This document shows, in pieces, positions 43,718-53,460 of a stretch of 60,759 nt of DNA. The stretch lies in IMG/VR virus record IMGVR_UViG_3300024999_000047; one strand, written 5' to 3'. Origin of the DNA: an uncultured virus (IMG/VR IMGVR_UViG_3300024999_000047). Its lineage: Duplodnaviria > Heunggongvirae > Uroviricota > Caudoviricetes. A model generated the notes under the pieces. That model was not told the DNA's origin. It did no database searches and saw nothing but the letters and a program-made list of their open reading frames with translations. The stretch's first letter is position 1; every line of letters begins with the position of its first letter. The translations under genes and the position numbers were made by a program.

Positions 43718-43993
43718 TTATAATTTTTCAATTGCATCTAAAACTGTTTTTACAGTTACCCTGTCATACTCTTGAATATTATCTGCCAATTCATCATATG
43801 GATACATATCAGCATGGCATTTATCACAATGTTTGGTGAATTTTTCTTCTGTACCATTAAGTTTAGAATAAAACATGCATTCATTAGGTGCATGAAATCC
43901 TTGTTTTTTCTTTTCTTCCCACCATGAATTGTGTACTTGTTCTGCTAAAAATTCTAGTTTACTTCTTAAAAGATCAATATTCATATTACTCAT
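43718..43993 (-). CDS. RyR-domain-like small protein
   Basis: LAEQVHNSW...K..QG...H.DM.PYDEL....EYDR. Confidence 0.65.
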   Translation of the reverse strand: MSNMNIDLLRSKLEFLAEQVHNSWWEEKKKQGFHAPNECMFYSKLNGTEEKFTKHCDKCHADMYPYDELADNIQEYDRVTVKTVLDAIEKL

Positions 43994-44095
43994 AATTAAT
44001 TTCTCCTTTTTAATTTATTTTTTTATCTACAATTATATTACCATTTTGTTATTAGTATGTCAAGGTTTATTTTCATCAATTTATTAAAATTAAAA

Positions 44096-44125
44096 GTTTG
44101 AATAAAAGACATAATTTATTAAATT
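44096..44125. repeat. dif/cer-like core site (weaker)
   Basis: GTTTGAATAAA agacataa TTTATTAAATT, abutting the stop of gene 44125..44643. Confidence 0.45.
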
Positions 44126-45319
44126 TAATCCATAGCATAGCTTTTACTATAATGATAAATATTTTTATGTGTTCTTAACACTTCTGATTTACATTTCATT
44201 ATTGTCACATTTCCCATCATATGATCATTATATGAAAATCTAAAAGTAATAATATTTTCATAATCTTTATAAACACTTCTTTCTGTATCACAGTAAAACC
44301 AATTAGATAATTCTACTTGTTCAAATACATTACATCTTATAAAGTCTTTGTCCCAATCTTTTATATATAATACATTATCCATAAAATCAGATAGATTATT
44401 AATTTTTGATGAATTTAATGCAAACTGTTCATCTATTTGAAATACTTTATCATATATTTCAAATTTTCCTAAATCTTCTCCTCCACCAATTGTATTAATT
44501 GCTATGTGGATAATGTAGATTTGTTCGTCTTGTTTAATGAATTTTTTGTTTAAAGAGTCATAAGTGAATCCATCAATTTCTGCTTGTTGGTGGAGTTGTT
44601 GTTCTTTTAATCTTAGTTTTATTAATTCATTGTTGTAATTCATATTATTCTCCTTTACTCTTCAAAATATGGGCAATCTGATCTAATCTCTGTTTTTAAG
44701 CATAACGCACAAACATCGCATCCACCCATAGTACATTGTAATGAACATTTACTACATTGGCAATCTTTACAAATAGGATTTTGATTGTTATTTGAATTGT
44801 TTTTTGTTTTCTTAAAATAATTGGTTAACCATTTAAACATTATATTAATCTCCTTTTTATTTAATCTGCACAACTATTACATTTTCCTGATCCTGTATAA
44901 TCAGCAAATAATTCTCCACATACAGAACATGTATTTAAGCAATCATCACAGAAATAATCATTATGTTCTTCATATTTATTATGTGGTTTTAAATCTGATA
45001 ATTTTAAAAGTTTACCACAATCAGAACATTGTTTGTATTCATCTAAATCTTCTATTTCAATTTTTACTTTAACTTTATTGCCTTTAAAAATATCAATAGG
45101 ATATAATCTAACCTTATCTCCTATTGGTTTGATATTATCAAAATCAGAATCATCTATTTCAGCATAATCAAATTCATCTGGTTCTTTACCTTTTATTCTT
45201 TTAAATGTTTCTATATCAACATCCCAACAAAAACATTCATAATCACCAGAATTAATACCTTCAAATTCAATTATTTTAGTTTCCATATTTTTTATTCTCC
45301 TTTTATTGATAATTTCCAT

Positions 45320-45446
45320 TTCATGACCAAACCTTTTGATTTTGTGTTGATTTTTTGGATTTTTGGTTTGATTATCTTCTGTTTTCGAGTGTATACTTCC
45401 ATTTTCATGTTAAGGATTGTTAAGATTATGTTAAGATAGTGTTAAG
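45320..45446. repeat. core-site variant (10-bp spacer) plus four phased TGTTAAG repeats
   Basis: TTCATGACCAA accttttgat TTTGTGTTGAT; TGTTAAG at 45408, 45418, 45429, 45440. Confidence 0.55.
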
Positions 45447-45916
45447 GTGATTAGGAAGAGATAATCATTATTGGTGTGAGTGTGATGTATAAATTATGAT
45501 GAATGATTATCTCTCCTATTGATTATAGTATAATTGATTATTTGGTGATTGTCAACAATTATTTTTATGTTTTGTTAAGCAAAATTCTCTAATAATTTAG
45601 CATGAGATTCAAATTTACAAACATTACTATCAAAATGTTTATCATTAAGGACAGATCCACAGACAGGTAAATTCAGAGTGTTAATACTTTCTTTTATATT
45701 ATATATTCCATAATATTCGTCTTTTTCTAAATCTACAATTATGTTTATTATAGGTATTCTTTTACGTATTGATGTATTTTCTTTATAATGAATATCATAC
45801 ATATGTGAAGAAATAAATTGTATTTTTGTTTTCCCTATATTTGCATATACAGTAAATCCACGTTCTTTCATTTTCTCTATTACTAATTCTTTATTTAACA
45901 TTTTATACTCCTTTAT

Positions 45917-46453
45917 TTAATATTTTAAGATATTTCTTAAATGATAATAAAATGTTGCCCAAATATATAATCCGCTATATTGATTATTAGGCATAAACAT
46001 AATATTAATATTATAACGATTAGCAAAACTATGAAGACTTCCTAAATATGATTTTTTATTATATTCAGTTTTATAATTACCATTACAAATATCTTCATAA
46101 TTTGCATTTTCAATTAAAAGATACATTTTACCTTTATGAAGAATAAATTCTTTCTCAAATCTATCTCTTTGTTGAGAAAAGTTTCCACTTAATTCTTCTA
46201 AAGACATTTTTCTTTCTATAACTATTTCCTTATCAAAATATAAATCTCTATTAATTGATAATTCATCATTTTTAGGTAGAAAAAAACTATAATCTCCTTT
46301 ATCTAATCCTTTTATAATATATTTAATTTTCTTTTTATCAAAATATTCAATAATATGTTCACATGATTTTTCTCTTGTATCTATAATTATTGTGATTGAT
46401 GATAATAATTCTTGTTGTTGTTTATCTGTATATTTATAATTACTTATATTTAT
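45917..46453 (-). CDS. ERCC4/XPF-domain nuclease, probable ATA start
   Basis: In-frame extension IIIDTREK..LDKGDYS..VIERKMSLEELSGN; ATA lies 7 nt after GGAGG at the dnaE stop. Confidence 0.8.
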   Translation of the reverse strand: MNISNYKYTDKQQQELLSSITIIIDTREKSCEHIIEYFDKKKIKYIIKGLDKGDYSFFLPKNDELSINRDLYFDKEIVIERKMSLEELSGNFSQQRDRFEKEFILHKGKMYLLIENANYEDICNGNYKTEYNKKSYLGSLHSFANRYNINIMFMPNNQYSGLYIWATFYYHLRNILKY

Positions 46454-49400
46454 TACATTTCCTCCTCTTTTGACTTAACTATTGTCCATGATGATAATAT
46501 ATTTTCTTTTTCATTAATCATTTCAAAACCGTCTTCTGTTTTCTTCCATTTATTTTCTCTTTTTCTTTCTTTAGTCTTAATAACGTCATAAAGTTTAAAA
46601 GGATTTGAATCAAATTGTTTTTTCTTAACTTTAATAATTTCTGTATTACCATTATTTATTTCATATAAAGTTATTACTGGATTTTTATATTTAGTATTAA
46701 TATTTATTACCATAGCATATTCTTCTAAAATTGCATTAGATTTTGTTTCTGGATATCCTAAATATTCTACTTCTGTTTGTATTCTTTCTTTAATATTAAT
46801 ATTTTTATTTGGTATTTCTTCCCATAATTCTTCAAGTATTTTTATATTATCAGATAATATAAATTTCTTTTCAGTTTGCCTAGAATACTTAGTTATTATT
46901 TCAGTATTAATATTAAATTTAGTAACTTTATCTTTAGATAATTGTTTAGCTGAACTAATTATATTATATAACTCAATAAATCTTAATATCTTTTTGGATT
47001 TAGCAAACTCACTAAAGAAATCTAATTTAACAAGTATATCTAATTGTTTAGAATTAATACCTGTAGATAAAATATCTTTCATTGCATCATAAAAACTATT
47101 ATATTGATTACCTCTTAATTCGTATAATTTACTTCCATTATTATCATTACAAAATTTAATACTACCTATTCCTTTGTAAATAGTATTTGTTTCTTTATCG
47201 GGAAAATACTTTGCTTTTGAATATCTAAACTTAATAGGACTAATTTTAATATTTTTTAATTTTGCTAATTCTGTTCCATCTCTAATATCATCCTCATTAT
47301 TAGCATTATTTAAATACGCAGTGATAAATTCTAATGGGTGATAATATCTATAATATCCACATAAATAACCTATCATACTGTAACCAGTTGAATGATTATA
47401 TCCAAACATATAAGAACTTGCCGATTCAATAATATCTAAAAATTCTTTTGCTTCTAATTCAGATTCATTTCTTGGTTTATCAGATTTACCACAATAACCT
47501 TCAAGTATTTTAGGTAATGCTTCATCAATTCTATCTTTTTGCTTACGTCCAATTGCTCTTCTAACATTATCTGCTTCGCTACCACTTAATCCGCATATCT
47601 GTTGAAGAAAAGCGATAACATCTTCTTGGAATACTAAAAATCCATTATTATCTTTTAAAAGATTATCAATTAATATAGATGGATTTTTATTAAATTCTCT
47701 TGCTATTAATCTATCTCTGTAACTAGCACCAGATGGCCTTAAACATGCGTTCACTAAAGATAAATCATTAATCTTAAGGGGAATGTACTTCTTTAATAAA
47801 TCAAAAGCAAAACTTCCTTCAAATTGAAATATTGCAACAGGAGAAGTAATAATGTCATCCCAAACATTTTTATCATCCCAATTTATTTCATGAGATAATG
47901 GATACGGAGTACCAATAAGTTCACAAGTATCTTTAATAATTTCAATATTTTTTAGTCCTAAAATATCATATTTTACTAAAGATACTTCATGAACTTCTTC
48001 CATATTGATACATAATATTCTTTTGTTATCTTTCCATATTGTTCCATAGTAATCAGTTAATAATATTGGACTAGCGATTATTCCTGCTGGATGCATTGAT
48101 TGGGATTCGGCAGTATTAACTAATCCTTCAAAATAATAAAATATATCTGGATATTTTAATTTTGTTTCTTCAGGATTTTTTTCATACTCTTCTTTTATTT
48201 TTGCTACAAATGGTATAGGTAAATTTAATGCTCTACCTATATTATCTATAGTCCTTTTTTCTGCCATAGTACCTATTGCTAATATATAAGATGTGTAGTC
48301 AATACCAAATCTTTCTATAATATAATTATAAACTAATTCTCTTTGAGAAGGAGAAAAATCTACATCTATATCTCCAATTTCAATCCTGTCTTCATTTACA
48401 AATCTCGAAAATACTGTTTTCCATTTGACTGGGTCTAAATCAATAATATCAAGTATATATGCAACTGTACTTCCTCCAACAGATCCTCTACAGTTACCAA
48501 AAGGAATATTATTATCTCTACACCATGTCATTAATTCGGACATAAATAACATAAATCCAATCATACCAATTTTCTTAAATACTCTGAATTCTTCTAAAAT
48601 ATTATTTTTATAAATATTGTTTTGTGGTATAATTTTTTGAGATACTTTATATTTATATTTTTTATTAATAAGTTTTTTAAGCACTTCTTCTTCATTATCA
48701 TATAATTTTGGATACTTAAAAGATAAATCTAAATCATATTCATTTATAGAATTAGACATTATGTTAGTATTATTAATTGCTTCTAAATATACATGTTCAG
48801 GTAAAGCGTTTTGTTGTTTAAACATTTCTACTAATTCTTCATAACTCTTATAAGTTAAATCATATTTATCTTCATCACCATATTCTATTTTTTTTGATTT
48901 TTGTAAAATACTTCTACATTCTTCTTTATAAGTATTTAATGCATGTGTATCTGTACCACAAATTAATGGTTTGCAATATTTAATTGATAATTCATATAAT
49001 TTTTTATTATATTTTTTTTGATCTTCTGAGTTAATATGTGGTTGAATTTCATAATAATCATATTTATTTAAAAGTTTTTCATAATAAGGATTGTTTTCAC
49101 TTAGTTTATTTATTGGAGATGCCAAACATGCAGAGATACAAATAATATTATTTGATATATTAAGAAATTCATCAAATGATATCCTGTTTTTATAATAAAA
49201 ATGGTCTTCTTGAGTAGAAATATCAATTAATCTATTTAACTCTTTTACTCCTTCAAAATTACGACTAATAAGAATAGTATGATAATTATCTCTTATTTTT
49301 TCATTAAATGTTTCCGTTAAATATATTTCTACACCATGAATATATTTAATATTATTTTTTTCACAATACATTTTCTTTTCTATATTATTATATATATTGC

Positions 49401-49530
49401 CATGTTCAGAAAAACATATTGCTTTTTGACCTAATTCTACTGCTTTATCTACATATAATTTAAAATTAGTGCATGAATCTAGTAAACTTAATTCTGTATG
49501 TAAATGATAGACTACATAATTTTTTTTCAT
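46453..49530 (-). CDS. dnaE: DNA polymerase III alpha subunit
   Basis: PHP domain HLHTELSLLD/EHG, RGSVGGS, FSRF, DIDVD, HPAG, KYDILGL, QE, NHSTGY. Confidence 0.96.
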   Translation of the reverse strand: MKKNYVVYHLHTELSLLDSCTNFKLYVDKAVELGQKAICFSEHGNIYNNIEKKMYCEKNNIKYIHGVEIYLTETFNEKIRDNYHTILISRNFEGVKELNRLIDISTQEDHFYYKNRISFDEFLNISNNIICISACLASPINKLSENNPYYEKLLNKYDYYEIQPHINSEDQKKYNKKLYELSIKYCKPLICGTDTHALNTYKEECRSILQKSKKIEYGDEDKYDLTYKSYEELVEMFKQQNALPEHVYLEAINNTNIMSNSINEYDLDLSFKYPKLYDNEEEVLKKLINKKYKYKVSQKIIPQNNIYKNNILEEFRVFKKIGMIGFMLFMSELMTWCRDNNIPFGNCRGSVGGSTVAYILDIIDLDPVKWKTVFSRFVNEDRIEIGDIDVDFSPSQRELVYNYIIERFGIDYTSYILAIGTMAEKRTIDNIGRALNLPIPFVAKIKEEYEKNPEETKLKYPDIFYYFEGLVNTAESQSMHPAGIIASPILLTDYYGTIWKDNKRILCINMEEVHEVSLVKYDILGLKNIEIIKDTCELIGTPYPLSHEINWDDKNVWDDIITSPVAIFQFEGSFAFDLLKKYIPLKINDLSLVNACLRPSGASYRDRLIAREFNKNPSILIDNLLKDNNGFLVFQEDVIAFLQQICGLSGSEADNVRRAIGRKQKDRIDEALPKILEGYCGKSDKPRNESELEAKEFLDIIESASSYMFGYNHSTGYSMIGYLCGYYRYYHPLEFITAYLNNANNEDDIRDGTELAKLKNIKISPIKFRYSKAKYFPDKETNTIYKGIGSIKFCNDNNGSKLYELRGNQYNSFYDAMKDILSTGINSKQLDILVKLDFFSEFAKSKKILRFIELYNIISSAKQLSKDKVTKFNINTEIITKYSRQTEKKFILSDNIKILEELWEEIPNKNINIKERIQTEVEYLGYPETKSNAILEEYAMVININTKYKNPVITLYEINNGNTEIIKVKKKQFDSNPFKLYDVIKTKERKRENKWKKTEDGFEMINEKENILSSWTIVKSKEEEM

Positions 49531-50750
49531 AATCCAATCACTTTTTGTTTAATTATTTCTTCTATAGATCCACCTCTATTTAATTTTTGCCATATATATT
49601 TATAATTTAAATTTAAATTTTTACATAATTCATGCAATTTAATATATTCATTATTATATTTTACATATAAAATTTTTTGTTCTTTAGATATATTTTTTTC
49701 TATAATTTTATTTTTAATTATATCTAATTCATTAGGAATATTTCTTAATAATATATCATCTATTTTACGTGACGAATTTGCATCAAATAATAAATATCTT
49801 TTATCTTTCTTTTGTTTAGCAAACAAATCAAACTTATTTTTAAATATATCTAAAGCTAAATTTATATCTTCATCTGTGTATTCTGCAACACATAATTCCC
49901 AATTAGAATTACTTCTATATCCATCGTCTAATATCCAAATTGAAAATGAAAATTCATTCATTAAATTTAATAAATATGTATATGTTTTACCTCTATATTC
50001 TAATAAGCAATCATGAATTCTTGTGCATAATCTATATGTTGCTTGACATAAATATAATTTACCTTTAAATTCTTTGTATGCTGGTTCTTGTCTTGTTGGT
50101 GATATATTACAAAATTCTTTCAATAATTTATATTTATAATATAAATAATCTTTTTGATCTTCTGCATGACTTACAATAAATATGGGTTGAGTTTCTCGTT
50201 TATCAATATGTCCATCACCTAACATTGAACCAACAATTAAATCTTTTTGCTTTTCATTTAACTGTTTATTAACTTGTCTATATTCTTGAGTTAATCTATG
50301 TCTTTCAGTACACCATTTTTCAATTACTCTTTTCGTACAATTTGCTTCTTTTGCCATCTCATCATGACTTAATCCTTCATTTATGTATTTTTGATAACAC
50401 CAATCGTAATCTTGGTATATTGATTTATAATTCATACTGTTTTTATATTTAGTATTTAAATTCATTCTTTTAACTTTACTTGTGATCGCAGTAATAGTTT
50501 TATTTAATATATTTTTTATTTCTTTATATGGGGTTACTTTTTCTATTAATTCAATTAATATATCTTCCTCTTCAGATGACCAATATATTTTTTTATTAAT
50601 AACAATATTAGGTTGCGAGGAGTCAATTATTTTTCCATGATTTTTTAGTTGTAAATAATGTTTATTACAAAGATTATTACCATACTTACTATTTTTATTA
50701 AATCTTGAAGTGTCTAATTCTGAAATATTACATATACTACAATATTCCAT
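49527..50750 (-). CDS. free-standing LAGLIDADG homing endonuclease
   Basis: IVGSMLGDGHI and SIWILDDGY motifs; N-terminal CxxC..CxxH and HTH-like segments. Confidence 0.85.
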   Translation of the reverse strand: MEYCSICNISELDTSRFNKNSKYGNNLCNKHYLQLKNHGKIIDSSQPNIVINKKIYWSSEEEDILIELIEKVTPYKEIKNILNKTITAITSKVKRMNLNTKYKNSMNYKSIYQDYDWCYQKYINEGLSHDEMAKEANCTKRVIEKWCTERHRLTQEYRQVNKQLNEKQKDLIVGSMLGDGHIDKRETQPIFIVSHAEDQKDYLYYKYKLLKEFCNISPTRQEPAYKEFKGKLYLCQATYRLCTRIHDCLLEYRGKTYTYLLNLMNEFSFSIWILDDGYRSNSNWELCVAEYTDEDINLALDIFKNKFDLFAKQKKDKRYLLFDANSSRKIDDILLRNIPNELDIIKNKIIEKNISKEQKILYVKYNNEYIKLHELCKNLNLNYKYIWQKLNRGGSIEEIIKQKVIGL

Positions 50751-50779
50751 ATAATCTCTCCTTTTATTATATTTTATTT

Positions 50780-52429
50780 TTAATAAGTTTTTACATCTTT
50801 AACAAGAACTTGTTTTGATTTTATAACTTCTTTTTTACCAAAATTATACCATGAATTTACACTTAAACTACCTACTACATCTACAAACATTGCATCTTCA
50901 ATATTTTTTATCTCTTCTTCCGTCACATTAAATTTGACACATTCTAAATCTTCTGCATTAAATTTTAAATGAATATCTTTCATTATTTTAATATCTCCAA
51001 CAGTTAAATCTTCAATAATAAATGTTGGTTCTTTAAATCCTTCTCCTGCAATAAATGATAACCTTTGTATTTCATACAATAAATCCCATGTAATATCTTC
51101 TACATTTATTTTTATATCTACTTCTATTATATATTCTTGTTTAATATGTTCTAATTCTTCATCAGTAATTGTATATATTTTTTCTATATTTTCTTTTTTA
51201 AATTCTACTCCAAAAGCTGAACTATGGCCTTCTACACTTTCAAATAATCCTGTATCAGATAATACTTGTTTAAAATCAAATTTATTTCCGTATCCTCTAC
51301 CACTTCCACTAAAAATATTTGTTTCTGAATATAAATTTACAACTAGAGTTGGTTTTTGATATTTTTGTGCGATATTATTTGCTATCAATCCATTTAATGT
51401 TGATGTTGCTTTTAATTTTGTTGCATCAATAATTATTATTTTATGAGTTAAATCAATAATTTTATCTATTTGTTCTACAATGTCACTTTGCAATAATTTT
51501 CTTTTATCATTCATTCCACCACATAATTTAATCATTTCTTTTAACTTCTTAACATCTTCTGTAATTAAAATATTTATTATATCTTCAATTTTTCCAAGTC
51601 TAATAATTGAATTTATAAATGGAACTAAATAAAATGCAATTGTTGTAGCATTTGGTTTATATTCTTTTTTCAAATATTTAAGTATTGCAAGTAATGATGG
51701 GTCACAATTATTATGTATTTTTAATAATCCTTTTTGAATTAAAAATCTTGTTTCTGGTTGTGTTACATTCATCATATCTCCAATTAAACCTACTGCACAA
51801 ATATCAATATAATCTTCAGCATAAAAATTCATTGTAATTTCATCAATTGCTTTACAAGTTTGATATACTACTCCAACTCCACTTAAATATTTATTACTGT
51901 AATTATTATATTGAGGATTAACTATTATTGCATATGGATTATCTCTTTCAAAATGATGGTGATCTAAAATTATTATATTCATATTTTCTTTTAATTCTAA
52001 ACATTCATTAACTGAATTACTACTACTGTCAACTACAATTAATAAATCTAAATCCTTTGGTACATTATTTACTTTTATTCCATGTCCATATTTCCTTTGA
52101 TGACATAGTATTTGTGGTTCAATGTTATAATTTTTTAAATATTTATACATAAATACTAATGAAGTTACTCCATCAGTATCTATATCACCATATATTCCGA
52201 TTTTCAAATTATTTTCTATTGCATTTATAATTATTTCTACTGCTTCTTTCATATTAGATAATTTCCAAGGACTATTAATATCTTCTTCTTTTGGTTCTAA
52301 AAATTTATTCTTATCTTTGATTCCTCTTATTTTTAATATTTTATTAGTAATTGAATCATATGTATCATAAATTTCTTTAGGTTCTAATACATTCCATTTT
52401 TTACCCAAAAAGTCACATCCATTCGACAT
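50780..52429 (-). CDS. recJ: RecJ-like ssDNA exonuclease, DHH family
   Basis: YGDIDTDGVTS, VVD, ILDHH, LSGVGV, GSGR, GH..AFG. Confidence 0.93.
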   Translation of the reverse strand: MSNGCDFLGKKWNVLEPKEIYDTYDSITNKILKIRGIKDKNKFLEPKEEDINSPWKLSNMKEAVEIIINAIENNLKIGIYGDIDTDGVTSLVFMYKYLKNYNIEPQILCHQRKYGHGIKVNNVPKDLDLLIVVDSSSNSVNECLELKENMNIIILDHHHFERDNPYAIIVNPQYNNYSNKYLSGVGVVYQTCKAIDEITMNFYAEDYIDICAVGLIGDMMNVTQPETRFLIQKGLLKIHNNCDPSLLAILKYLKKEYKPNATTIAFYLVPFINSIIRLGKIEDIINILITEDVKKLKEMIKLCGGMNDKRKLLQSDIVEQIDKIIDLTHKIIIIDATKLKATSTLNGLIANNIAQKYQKPTLVVNLYSETNIFSGSGRGYGNKFDFKQVLSDTGLFESVEGHSSAFGVEFKKENIEKIYTITDEELEHIKQEYIIEVDIKINVEDITWDLLYEIQRLSFIAGEGFKEPTFIIEDLTVGDIKIMKDIHLKFNAEDLECVKFNVTEEEIKNIEDAMFVDVVGSLSVNSWYNFGKKEVIKSKQVLVKDVKTY

Positions 52430-53435
52430 ATTTATTTTTTAATTCTATAAAATTATTTTTACCTAAATCAGTTGGACTCATTTTTGAACCATTTTCTAAT
52501 ATTTTATTTTTTCTATCTATTATATATCCTATTTTAATATCAAAAAATTTAATCATTGTTTTAAATTTTTTAACTTGTATCATAATAATATCTTCATCTA
52601 ATCCTTCATCATAACAAAAATACACTGATTTTGGATTAAGATTAATTATATTTATAATTTGTGGTGTATGAATTGAATTTCCTCCTAATGCTACTCCTGT
52701 ATATATACCCATTGTATCTAATTGTAAAGAAAACTTTTCTGATTCACCAATATATAATTCATCACATCCTTGTAAATGTTGATAATTTTCAGTATACCCA
52801 TATAATGTTTGTGATTTTGGATGTGGTATAATTGGAAACCATTTTAATGTATTATCTTCTTCATAATCACCATTATATCTCCCTGTAATTCCAACCAATC
52901 TTCCGTCAAAACTCCACCAAGGACATGTAATTCTTTGTGTTGATATATCAAATCCTATATTAAATTTTTTTTGTGTATCAATAGATATTCCGTCTTTCAT
53001 AAATTTTACATTAAATTTATTTATGTATGGTGTTAAGATATCTTCATCATAATATTTTAATTCTACAATTGATGATTTTTTAATTTTAATCTTATCATAA
53101 AACCCACCAAATATTGGTGTTACTTTTTTAATATGATAAAAATTATCCATTCCTATTTCTTTTTTTATTATGTTAATAACATCTTTAAATTTGATATTTT
53201 TGCTTTTTATAATAAAACTGATAAAATCGCAATTTATCCCTCTGCCATAATCAGAAACATATAAATAATTATTATTATGTAATTTAATTCTTATTGATGT
53301 TTTATTAGTATCTTCTGCAATACCACAACGAATTTCTTGTGATTTGACATCAATATTATAAAACTCATAATATTCTAATATATTATTAATATGTATAGGA
53401 TTATTAATGAGTTTTTGTTTGATTTCATTTATCAC
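52413..53435 (-). CDS. DNA primase (TOPRIM)
   Basis: RITCPW..GRLVGI.GR, LYG, IGESEK, YDEG; located between helicase and RecJ. Confidence 0.85.
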   Translation of the reverse strand: MINEIKQKLINNPIHINNILEYYEFYNIDVKSQEIRCGIAEDTNKTSIRIKLHNNNYLYVSDYGRGINCDFISFIIKSKNIKFKDVINIIKKEIGMDNFYHIKKVTPIFGGFYDKIKIKKSSIVELKYYDEDILTPYINKFNVKFMKDGISIDTQKKFNIGFDISTQRITCPWWSFDGRLVGITGRYNGDYEEDNTLKWFPIIPHPKSQTLYGYTENYQHLQGCDELYIGESEKFSLQLDTMGIYTGVALGGNSIHTPQIINIINLNPKSVYFCYDEGLDEDIIMIQVKKFKTMIKFFDIKIGYIIDRKNKILENGSKMSPTDLGKNNFIELKNKYVEWM

Positions 53436-53460
53436 AAATTATTCGCTCCATTCTTATAAA

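Noticed and set aside
24944..49530. Inteins or group I introns in nrdD or dnaE
   Set aside because: Both ORFs are continuous, of normal length, with no splicing motifs seen.
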